DNA of 24,359 nucleotides. It comes from a virus (taxonomy: Duplodnaviria; Caudoviricetes). Each line of letters begins with the position of its first letter. Position 1 is the stretch's first letter. This document shows positions 7,983-15,716 of the stretch, piece after piece. Position numbers and translations under genes: made by a program. The stretch covers positions 1 to 24,359 of the IMG/VR virus record IMGVR_UViG_3300047275_000862. One strand, given 5' to 3'. The notes below the pieces were generated by a model. That model ran no database searches. It was not told the DNA's origin and saw nothing but the letters and a program-made list of their open reading frames with translations.

Positions 7983-8603
7983 ATGTCTTACACCAGCGAA
8001 CAACTTAAAGAAATTGCGCGGCAGAAAGCCCGTGACTTTGGTGTAAATGAAGACATCTTTCTGCGTCTTGTAAGCGCGGAATCCGGCTGGAATCCAAAGG
8101 CAAAGAGCAGTGCAGGTGCGGCTGGTCTAGTCCAGCTTATGCCAGGAACCGCTCAAGGTCTTGGTGTAAGCAATCCCTATGATCCCGTTCAAAGTTTGAC
8201 GGGTGGCGCTCGTTATCTGAGCCAACAGCTCAAGCGTTTTGGTTCTTACGACAAAGCACTGGCGGCTTATAACGCTGGTCCGGGCAACGTTGAAAGGTAT
8301 GGCGGCATCCCTCCATTCAAGGAGACACAGAACTATGTGAAAAAAATCCTTGGTGGCTCCAATCCCACACCAAAGCCACAGACGCAGGCGAATCAAGGCT
8401 CTGATAATAATGTTCAAGATTTTTTGAAAGGATTTCTTCTTCAGAATTTCTTATTTAACAATCAGAGCGCCACGCCAACATTGAGTGAGCAGTTGTTTAA
8501 AACTGCGTTCCAGCGTCCAATGACTGAGATTGAAACTGACATTTCGACGGCGTCTTTATTTACGCCAAGGACACCGTTCCTCGAGTCGTTGACTCAGTTC
8601 TAA
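7983..8603 (+). CDS. Lytic transglycosylase (SLT/GH23 domain) with a C-terminal extension
   Basis: Motifs [36 protein letters not shown]. Confidence 0.92.
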   Translation: MSYTSEQLKEIARQKARDFGVNEDIFLRLVSAESGWNPKAKSSAGAAGLVQLMPGTAQGLGVSNPYDPVQSLTGGARYLSQQLKRFGSYDKALAAYNAGPGNVERYGGIPPFKETQNYVKKILGGSNPTPKPQTQANQGSDNNVQDFLKGFLLQNFLFNNQSATPTLSEQLFKTAFQRPMTEIETDISTASLFTPRTPFLESLTQF

Positions 8604-8661
8604 CAGACTTGCTTGCATTAGAATGCAAGCATATAATTGATTCAATAGAGAGTAAGCGTAC

Positions 8662-9441
8662 ATGTCTTCCACTAGCTCGAACAAACAGCCCCTGTTTATT
8701 GACCGCCCTTTGTTTGACGTGGTACGTGTAACCACGCAAACCGTTGGCAGTCAAGCCAATAACACGTTATTTGTTCAAGGTGGCCAAGCGCCCTCCATTT
8801 TGGTGGATATGGACGCTACTCTCAGCGAAGAAAATAACAACGGTGGGGTTGTTGATTCAATCACAATTGCCCGTGATGATTTCTACCGTGATCCTGATTA
8901 TACGGTAAATGCCAGCACTTCGGGAACCGTTGTTTCTTTGCGAAGTGGTCAAGTTGTTTATATTTCTTCCACTGCAGTATTAACAAACGGTACAGCAAGT
9001 GGTGTCGGTTATTACACCTACACGGGTTCCGGCACTCTTACAGGTGTAAATACAGCCCTTAGCTATTCCGGAGCTACTACAAGTGGATTCCAATATCAAG
9101 GTGTTGGATATGGTTATCAACCAGCAGTGACTTTTGTTTTTTATCAAGCACGTAATAAAACCACTCCAATTCCCGCAAGCGGCGACTATCGAATTCTGTT
9201 CGCGAAAACAGTCCCAGCAAATAGTGGAACTGTTGATTGTTCTGATGTTATGCCCCAACTTGCTGTTCCAATGCCTGCTGCAGGCAATACGGCAGGCTTG
9301 GGCGACGGTGCACCTTTACGCAACAAGGGTATTTACTTGGAGCGTGGCGATCGTATTTACGTAGGCGTTCTTGCTGAGGGTCCGAATATTTCTGGCTACA
9401 CACCGGGGGCGCACATTTATGCGCAAGGTGGATTATTTTGA
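8662..9441 (+). CDS. Putative virion/tail structural protein
   Basis: 259 aa, beta-rich G/T/S/Y composition, located in the structural block. Confidence 0.6.
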   Translation: MSSTSSNKQPLFIDRPLFDVVRVTTQTVGSQANNTLFVQGGQAPSILVDMDATLSEENNNGGVVDSITIARDDFYRDPDYTVNASTSGTVVSLRSGQVVYISSTAVLTNGTASGVGYYTYTGSGTLTGVNTALSYSGATTSGFQYQGVGYGYQPAVTFVFYQARNKTTPIPASGDYRILFAKTVPANSGTVDCSDVMPQLAVPMPAAGNTAGLGDGAPLRNKGIYLERGDRIYVGVLAEGPNISGYTPGAHIYAQGGLF

Positions 9442-9444
9442 TAA

Positions 9445-11235
9445 ATGACAAAGAAAAAAAGGAGCGGTTTTGGCGCTCCCAGTAATTTCTTTAAATCAAA
9501 AGGCTCGGACGAATTTAAACTAAATCCAATTTCATCTGAGTTTTCTAAAGGTTCTGTACCTGGTTCTTTAACTGCTTCAAACAGAGAATCAGCTTGGTCG
9601 CGTTGGCGACGAGGATATGAGTTAGCTACGGCTACTGCATATAACAATGATTTCTCATATCCTTTTGAATATCAGATTCCAACACCTTCAGGAAGCGTAG
9701 ATCCAAACATCAACCCATATCCGGTCATCTCTGGTGTGTTTGTAGGGTTCCCTACAAACAACCGAGATCTTGGCATGCACTGGGCCGTCCGAAGATATGC
9801 AGGATCTACCAGAACCGATAAATTAACAGATCCTGTTAGCGCAAATAGTTTATCGATTTCCTCTATAACTGAAGATTCTGACAATTGGTACGTAACCTTA
9901 AATGGCACCTGGAGCAGTGGCAACCCTTTGCCGCCGCCTTTTTATATTCCTGTTCCAGGACAAACAGAAGGCTTAAAGCCTATGAATACTGAGATATTTG
10001 AAGATCGAATTGTAGTTGAGAATGGTCCTTTAATTACCGCAGATAGTATTGATCCCAGCACGCAAAAAAGATACGGATATGTACAAGCCGTTTTGTTAGA
10101 CGTTGACCCATTCAACGGAGTATTGACTTTTAAAAAAGCTGGCTCAATTGAAATTACACCTGACAAAGAATACAAAACACCTTCTCAAGCAAGTTTTAAC
10201 ATTGGACGCTTCTTAAATACAGGGTCAAGATTTTGTTGTTCTTGTCAAGATTTTACGCATAGAGATTATCGTTCTTTACACAATTCAGATGGTGGATCAT
10301 CAAAGAAATCTTTTCCAATCTCTAGCGTAGCTTCTGTTAAGCCTGGTCGATTTGAACAAACGACTACTGTTGTTCTGTCTACACCTGTTTTATTCGATGA
10401 AATAATTGCAGACGGATCGACAATAACAGTTGTTACCACAGTACCTCCTATTGTTAATACCTTTGTTTCAGTACAAGGAACTGTAGATTCTATTGGCGAT
10501 GGTTTCTATGAAATCAAAGAAGTAACTCCGGGCACTAATTTTAAATATGAAATTAACGGAGACGCCGGAACGGGAAGCATTTTTGATTCTGGAACCACAA
10601 AGATTTTTGAAGCAAGTTCTCGTATAGTGAATTCCGCAATGGTTCCGATCGACCAGGAGAGCATTCTTAATGTTTACAACCCTCCTGGCTATGCAGTGGA
10701 TCCGGGTTCTTCAACTGATAACATTACAAAATTTAATTCAAATCGTGACAACCCAGGTGTGTACCGTGAATTTGGCGCAACCTATTTAAGAAGCACATCT
10801 AATCCTGGAACCAAAAATTCAACCCCAGAAGGGATGCCAACTTACAATGATTACTCCTCTTCTCAATCTGTTATCACATCTCTAACAGACAACTGGAGCC
10901 CTTTACTTGATGAGATGCGTTATTGCAAGCACATTTACGCTTTGCGTTTTAAAGATGGCGTATTTCCACCAGAGCCTTCTGACTTTCCAGTTGAAATTGA
11001 GTCAATGACTAGGTGGGAGCAAAACCTTGTAGAACAAACGGAAAAAGAACAAAGGCAAGTGCGAGCAGCTCAAGTGACCAGAAAAGCACTGTCCTTAATG
11101 GATGTTCCTCCTTATAATTGTCAATCTCCAAATCTTCTTCCTTACTTGCAAAAATTATTTAACGTTCCCGCTTCCTACGTAATTGCGGAAAACTTTACAA
11201 TGTTTGATAAGGAAAGCAAACCTTACAAACCGTAA
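9445..11235 (+). CDS. Large hypothetical protein with a split SWIM-type zinc finger
   Basis: 'FCCSCQDF' (10231-10254) and 'YCKHIYA' (from 10921) are the two halves of CxC...CxH. Confidence 0.65.
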   Translation: MTKKKRSGFGAPSNFFKSKGSDEFKLNPISSEFSKGSVPGSLTASNRESAWSRWRRGYELATATAYNNDFSYPFEYQIPTPSGSVDPNINPYPVISGVFVGFPTNNRDLGMHWAVRRYAGSTRTDKLTDPVSANSLSISSITEDSDNWYVTLNGTWSSGNPLPPPFYIPVPGQTEGLKPMNTEIFEDRIVVENGPLITADSIDPSTQKRYGYVQAVLLDVDPFNGVLTFKKAGSIEITPDKEYKTPSQASFNIGRFLNTGSRFCCSCQDFTHRDYRSLHNSDGGSSKKSFPISSVASVKPGRFEQTTTVVLSTPVLFDEIIADGSTITVVTTVPPIVNTFVSVQGTVDSIGDGFYEIKEVTPGTNFKYEINGDAGTGSIFDSGTTKIFEASSRIVNSAMVPIDQESILNVYNPPGYAVDPGSSTDNITKFNSNRDNPGVYREFGATYLRSTSNPGTKNSTPEGMPTYNDYSSSQSVITSLTDNWSPLLDEMRYCKHIYALRFKDGVFPPEPSDFPVEIESMTRWEQNLVEQTEKEQRQVRAAQVTRKALSLMDVPPYNCQSPNLLPYLQKLFNVPASYVIAENFTMFDKESKPYKP

Positions 11236-11356
11236 CAAGTGTTTACAAATAAGGTATACTTATCTTAAGTCTCATAAGACTTGTTAGGAATCCCTTAAGA
11301 AGCGGCGACCAGTAATCTACGATTCCTAGGTTCTGGGGACGCAGCTCATCTCAACC

Positions 11357-11779
11357 ATGACTCAGCCCATCCCTGTGGACCAGCGGATCGTAGATGCGTT
11401 TTTCCAGCTGGACTCTCAACGCACCAATAAAGGTGCGGCTTGGTTGTTTGGCGTGATCGCCACCTACGGCGTTAACCCAGAAGATCTTACTTCATTTGAT
11501 TGGGGTCCAGACAACACCCTGGTCGTACCTGGTAAAAAACGTCCGATTCACCCGCTGCATCCACAGTGGGTTGTCTTGTTTAACTTGCAAAAAAAACGGC
11601 CTTGCGAAGTACAAGACCGTATTCCCCCTTTCTTGTCTCAGTTGTACAGGTTAATAGCGCATCAGGCAATTGATGTCAATGTAACTGATCTTCTCTTGGC
11701 GTACAAAATACGCAAGAACCATTACAAAAGCATCAAGCAGCCACAGGCATCTTCTCCTGTTTACGCAGGTGTTTCCTGA
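11357..11779 (+). CDS. Degenerate tyrosine-integrase-like protein (catalytic-domain relic)
   Basis: 'WLFGVIATYGVNPED...KKRPIHPLHPQWVVLFNL' resembles cyanobacterial integrase 'W.YG..ATYGLRPHE...R...P..P.WV..F.L' but lacks the catalytic Arg and the HxLR/Tyr motifs. Confidence 0.55.
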   Translation: MTQPIPVDQRIVDAFFQLDSQRTNKGAAWLFGVIATYGVNPEDLTSFDWGPDNTLVVPGKKRPIHPLHPQWVVLFNLQKKRPCEVQDRIPPFLSQLYRLIAHQAIDVNVTDLLLAYKIRKNHYKSIKQPQASSPVYAGVS

Positions 11780-11951
11780 CAGCTTCCACATTCCAGCGAT
11801 AGCTATCACGAGACAGGCACCCAGGGAAGGCAGCGAAGTGCGGACCTAGCTTTAGAGTGCCATCATCGCGCATACGGAAGAGTTCCTTGCGGTTGATTCC
11901 AAGGAGTTCCTCCGCACGAGCGACGGAAACCCAACCTCTAGTTTGAGCCAT
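11733..11951 (-). CDS. Excisionase/MerR-like HTH DNA-binding protein
   Basis: 72 aa, 'WVSVARAEELLGINRKELFRMRDDGTL' winged-HTH pattern. Confidence 0.7.
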   Translation of the reverse strand: MAQTRGWVSVARAEELLGINRKELFRMRDDGTLKLGPHFAAFPGCLSRDSYRWNVEAVRKHLRKQEKMPVAA

Positions 11952-11981
11952 GACGTAGGCGTCAGGGTGAACGACTCTCGT

Positions 11982-12009
11982 ACGGTAACGGGTTAAAGCC
12001 CCTGGTCAA
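11982..12009 (-). promoter_or_regulatory. Possible sigma70-type promoter for the Xis-like gene
   Basis: Minus strand TTGACC-16 nt-TACCGT, about 30 nt upstream of the ATG. Confidence 0.35.
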
Positions 12010-12090
12010 GGGCATTCATACTTTTTTAAGGCTAAGGTGAAGTTCTGTAAAGCTTAAAGAAATTAGAATGAATTAACGGCAACCAAAAGC

Positions 12091-12531
12091 ATGTATTACA
12101 GCGAGCATGAGCCTATCGCTTTACTCGTTGAAGTCACGCCAAAGTTAGCAAAGAAACGTTTTAGAGATGAAATATATAAATCATGGAATCATAAATGTGC
12201 TTACTGTGATGATGATGCCACAAGTTTAGATCACGTTATTCCACGTCATAAATCTGGAGAGACCACGCGAAAAAATTTGGTTCCTGCTTGCCGTCGTTGC
12301 AACGCTTCTAAGGCTTCTTATAAATTACATGAATGGTATTTACAACAAGATTTCTTTTCTAAGGCTAGGCTCAATAGAATTGAAAGATGGATTGATCAAG
12401 ATCCCTTCCAGGCATTGAGTTGGGAGAGAGAAGAGAACCATTCTTTAGTTCACATTAATTATGTCGGACAAACCAAAGAAGGCGGTGTCTGCAGCCAAGC
12501 GATACCAGAAGGACAAGATGGCTTGCAATAA
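12091..12531 (+). CDS. HNH endonuclease
   Basis: CAYC...SLDHVIPRHKSG...NLVPACRRCNASK. Confidence 0.93.
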   Translation: MYYSEHEPIALLVEVTPKLAKKRFRDEIYKSWNHKCAYCDDDATSLDHVIPRHKSGETTRKNLVPACRRCNASKASYKLHEWYLQQDFFSKARLNRIERWIDQDPFQALSWEREENHSLVHINYVGQTKEGGVCSQAIPEGQDGLQ

Positions 12532-12763
12532 GCCACAACGCACGCCTGGACATAAAACCAAGAGTCACATTGTCAAAGCATGTGAGGGAGGAGAAGAGCG
12601 TATTGTTAGATTTGGTCAGCAAGGTGTAGAGGGCGCTGGGAAGAATCCGAAAAGTGCCAAAGATAAAGCACGCAAGCGTTCTTATTATGCCCGCCATAAC
12701 GCTCAAGATCCCAATCCAGATAAGATGTCAGCACGGTACTGGTCCCACAAGGTGAAGTGGTAA
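12461..12763 (+). CDS. Small basic conserved phage protein
   Basis: K/R-rich, 'IVRFGQQG...RKRSYYARH...SARYWSHKVKW' pattern familiar from aquatic phages. Confidence 0.8.
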   Translation: MSDKPKKAVSAAKRYQKDKMACNKPQRTPGHKTKSHIVKACEGGEERIVRFGQQGVEGAGKNPKSAKDKARKRSYYARHNAQDPNPDKMSARYWSHKVKW

Positions 12764-12808
12764 TCCGAGATTTTTTCGCTAAACTGTGCAGGTCTACCTC
12801 AGTCCACC

Positions 12809-12934
12809 ATGGCAAAACCCAAGTCAACTGCGTCCGTCAAGATTGAGTCCAAACCGAAAAAGACGAGACAGGGCCAAGGATTACACTCCTTGCCTAATCA
12901 TGGACGCAAAAAAACTCGCGGCCAAGGTAAATAA
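12809..12934 (+). CDS. 41-aa basic peptide (MAKPKSTASVKIESKPKKTRQGQGLHSLPNHGRKKTRGQGK), not in the ORF track
   Basis: ATG 12809 to TAA 12934; PKKTRQG...RGQG is a recurrent cyanophage small-protein signature; TAAACT -10 at 12780. Confidence 0.8.
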   Translation: MAKPKSTASVKIESKPKKTRQGQGLHSLPNHGRKKTRGQGK

Positions 12935-12947
12935 TTTGTGTATGATT

Positions 12948-12968
12948 GGGGGTAACTTAGTTACCCCT
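12948..12968 (+). promoter_or_regulatory. Hairpin abutting the endolysin start codon, overlapping a predicted TSS
   Basis: GGGGTAAC-TTA-GTTACCCC, an 8-bp perfect stem ending 2 nt before ATG 12970; TATGAT at 12941-12946. Confidence 0.6.
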
Positions 12969-12969
12969 T

Positions 12970-13635
12970 ATGTCTGATTTTTCTGCGGCAATTGAATTAA
13001 TCAGAAAATATGAAGGGTATAACGAGAAGGCATACCCAGATCCAGCCACTGGTGGTGAGCCGTACACCATTGGTTACGGCACCCAGTATCACCCGGACGG
13101 ATCTCCAGTCAGGCGAGGACATCTCTGCACGAAACGCAAGGCCCTGGAGTACCTGTACCACGAGTTAGAAGTACTGGATACTGAACTAAAGAAGTTAAAT
13201 CTTGGGCTGGATGAATCCATGCACCAGGCTTTACTCTCATTCATTCATTCCGTTGGCTGGAGTTCTTTCCTTTACAGCAACATCATCGACTGCCTAGAGC
13301 AGGAAGATTGGCGTGGTGCCAGTGAAGAGATTCCCAAGTGGGTTTTTGATCAAGAACACAAGATGGTCGGCGCTCTTCTTCACCGTCGTCAAGAAGAGGT
13401 TTTACTTTTTCTGCGTGAGGTCAATGACAGCACATTGATTTCAGCTGACATTTTATTGACAGCATTTCGGAATTATTCGGCGGCCGCTCACCAGGTACAC
13501 GCTATCCGCATTCTGGAGGAGGCCATCAATCCTTATACTCTGTCAGAGTTTGCCAACAATTTTCGAATTGAAGAAGATCCCTGGAGCGGGTCTGAGTTTT
13601 ATGATTTTGAGCTAAAAGGTATCTGCGACATTTAG
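12970..13635 (+). CDS. Endolysin, GH24 phage lysozyme with a C-terminal accessory domain
   Basis: Catalytic pattern YEG..KAYPD....GEPYTIGYG, and 'L..RR..E..LF'. Confidence 0.9.
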   Translation: MSDFSAAIELIRKYEGYNEKAYPDPATGGEPYTIGYGTQYHPDGSPVRRGHLCTKRKALEYLYHELEVLDTELKKLNLGLDESMHQALLSFIHSVGWSSFLYSNIIDCLEQEDWRGASEEIPKWVFDQEHKMVGALLHRRQEEVLLFLREVNDSTLISADILLTAFRNYSAAAHQVHAIRILEEAINPYTLSEFANNFRIEEDPWSGSEFYDFELKGICDI

Positions 13636-13659
13636 CCCTAGAATAGTTCTAATTGAAGT

Positions 13660-13959
13660 ATGCGACTAGGAATGGACAGATCGGTTGAACCCCGTCAGTT
13701 TGAGCTTCCTTTAGAGCTTCAGTTTTCAATGAGGAAGGCCGAGCTGCAGGCCCAAGAGATGACTTGGGATCAGTTATATGGTGCACTCTTAAACCTGTAC
13801 CACCAACGCCTTATGGAGTGGTATGCAGTTAAATCGTTAATGGCCGATGAGAATGTCAACATTGAATTTGACATCCCCACCGACCTGGAGTTAGCCGAGC
13901 TTGCTGCCGCCTGCATCTTTGAAGATGATGACGACGACGAAGATCTTCAGCCCTTCTGA
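13660..13959 (+). CDS. nblA: NblA-like phycobilisome degradation adaptor with an acidic C-terminal tail (start may be ATG 13672)
   Basis: 'LPLELQFSMR....QAQEMTWDQL..ALLNLYHQRLM....VKSLM' fits the NblA consensus L(S/T)LEQ.F.L......MS.EQ....L..LY.Q.M. Confidence 0.65.
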   Translation: MRLGMDRSVEPRQFELPLELQFSMRKAELQAQEMTWDQLYGALLNLYHQRLMEWYAVKSLMADENVNIEFDIPTDLELAELAAACIFEDDDDDEDLQPF

Positions 13960-14438
13960 ACTTCGTCAAGTTGAATAAGGCGGTTCAGGTACCACTGAGC
14001 TTTTTTCAGTGATTCTGTTCCGCCTTTATGTTGCTCCCGCCAAATATATTTGACGATATTACCTTTTAAATAGCCGCGGAATTCTTCCAGTGTTTGCTGG
14101 GATTCAATCGCCTCGATGCATTCGATACCACCATCGGTGTAATGAGGTGGGTGGTTAACTGTATCAGGTTGCAAAACAGGTATCTCTTCCTTTACTGCCC
14201 AGGGAACCGGGCACACCCCCCCTGGGCAATCACTCACTTCTTCTATCGGAGCAAACCACGTCGCATTGCCGATAGCATCACTTCCTTCTCGTCCGGTTCT
14301 TCCAGCTCCAACACCAAGCTCTTCGGGCGTGGATCCGCCCCCATCTCCAGGGCTTCTTCCATCGATGGAATGTAACCCGTCAGTCCAGGCCGTGCCCCCT
14401 CGAGTTCCAGCGTTTGCCTTGGCCTCTCCTCTTGGCAT
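13947..14438 (-). CDS. DUF3310 (SaV-like) domain protein; real start may be GTG 14237
   Basis: 'VNHPPHYT.GGIECIEAI...F.GYLKGNIVKYIWR..HKGG.E.LKKAQWYL'. Confidence 0.85.
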   Translation of the reverse strand: MPRGEAKANAGTRGGTAWTDGLHSIDGRSPGDGGGSTPEELGVGAGRTGREGSDAIGNATWFAPIEEVSDCPGGVCPVPWAVKEEIPVLQPDTVNHPPHYTDGGIECIEAIESQQTLEEFRGYLKGNIVKYIWREQHKGGTESLKKAQWYLNRLIQLDEVQKG

Positions 14439-14593
14439 AATGTTAAACCACGATTGTACTGATCATATAATGGCACATCATTTTCTTCGTTGTCGAGATC
14501 AGTACCAAAAGTTGCCTGATTTAAACAACGACACATAAGCTCATCAATGATGTTCTGACCGAGCCCATCATTGTAGTCTGCAGAACCGTGCAT
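14243..14593 (-). CDS. Hypothetical acidic protein
   Basis: 116-aa ORF with protein-like composition, divergent from ORF 14635. Confidence 0.6.
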   Translation of the reverse strand: MHGSADYNDGLGQNIIDELMCRCLNQATFGTDLDNEENDVPLYDQYNRGLTLCQEERPRQTLELEGARPGLTGYIPSMEEALEMGADPRPKSLVLELEEPDEKEVMLSAMRRGLLR

Positions 14594-14634
14594 GAGAATA
14601 TCTTGGCCCGAATTGCTTCGATTACAATATTAAC

Positions 14635-15096
14635 ATGGCAAGATTTTATAACCCACGTAGAGAAAACGCCAACGATCCAGTCGACACATCGATTGGATAC
14701 AGAGGACGCTTGCAATATGATCCCAGGCAAGATTCTGGATCCTCAGGTGGTGAAGTTACAGACCTGACGCCAGAACGTCAATACGACGTTGACTTGCGAC
14801 GTTTAGATCCTGGAGAAAGAGCTACGGCCAATGCGGCAGATACAGCCAACGAAATTCAACAGAACCGAGTCTCACGTTTTATGAAGGCTTCTCGACTCGC
14901 TGGAAAACACAGGGCACAAGCAGAGACACGTTATCCGATCATGGGAAACTCGGTTGGCAGGTATCCGTCTTCTCGTGGTGGGGTTGTTCTTCCAAGCCTG
15001 GGAGATGCACCAGGGGGGAGGGGCAGTGTTAACTACCCCAATAAACCACAATCCAGTACCGGCAGACCCTATAGCTGGCGCGATTCCTTTAGTTGA
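14635..15096 (+). CDS. Hypothetical protein
   Basis: 153-aa ORF, TACAAT 6 nt before the ATG, stop abuts the dcd stop. Confidence 0.65.
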   Translation: MARFYNPRRENANDPVDTSIGYRGRLQYDPRQDSGSSGGEVTDLTPERQYDVDLRRLDPGERATANAADTANEIQQNRVSRFMKASRLAGKHRAQAETRYPIMGNSVGRYPSSRGGVVLPSLGDAPGGRGSVNYPNKPQSSTGRPYSWRDSFS

Positions 15097-15684
15097 TCAG
15101 ACTTTACTAAAGACTACCTCTGGGGCTTGATTTTGATACTTACCCTTGCGATCTTGGTAACTCACTTCGCAAGGATTCCCGCGATAGAACAGCAGCTGAG
15201 TCACGCCTTCATCGGCGTAAATGCGATTGAAAAGTCCCGTGCAGTTGCTGATCTCCAAAGTGAGATAACCTTCCCAACCACTTTCGGCCGGGGTGATGTT
15301 CACGAGAATACCTGAACGGGCGTATGTAGATTTACCGACCGCCACCACGGTCACATCACGAGGAAGTTTGAGGCGCTCACGTGCCACGCCCAAACAATAT
15401 CCATAAGGAGGCAACAGAAAATATTTGCCCTTCTCGTCCTCTAAAAGTTCGGCATTGGTTAGGATCTCAGGCTTAAAGTCTTTGGGATCACACTCGCCTT
15501 CGGAGATGCGCCCAAAAATCAAGCATTGCTCTGGCGACAGACGAATGTCGTATCCGTAGGAACTCAGTCCATAACTGAGAATACGACGCCCATTTTCTTT
15601 ACTGACAAGACGATCCTGGAAAGGCGCAATCATCTCTTCGTCTTCAGCAAGACGACGAATTTCTTTATCGCAGAGAACGCTCAT
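15097..15684 (-). CDS. dcd: dCTP deaminase
   Basis: SYGLSSYGYDIRL, GKSTYARSG, TPAESGWEGYLTLEISN, YQDRKGKYQNQ. Confidence 0.96.
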   Translation of the reverse strand: MSVLCDKEIRRLAEDEEMIAPFQDRLVSKENGRRILSYGLSSYGYDIRLSPEQCLIFGRISEGECDPKDFKPEILTNAELLEDEKGKYFLLPPYGYCLGVARERLKLPRDVTVVAVGKSTYARSGILVNITPAESGWEGYLTLEISNCTGLFNRIYADEGVTQLLFYRGNPCEVSYQDRKGKYQNQAPEVVFSKV

Positions 15685-15716
15685 AGACCCAATAAAGCTT
15701 TCTCAATATAAGGTAT

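Noticed and set aside
11232-11246. NtcA box GTA...TAC
   Set aside because: Spacing is N9, not the required N8.
12786-12977. 63-aa ORF in the track
   Set aside because: Wrong frame; the 41-aa ORF 12809-12934 has the recognisable signature.
14243-14438. Second long dual-coding overlap (DUF3310 N-terminus over ORF 14243-14593)
   Set aside because: A GTG at 14237 just after the upstream stop explains the gene without overlap; the extension is G/R-rich shadow-like sequence.
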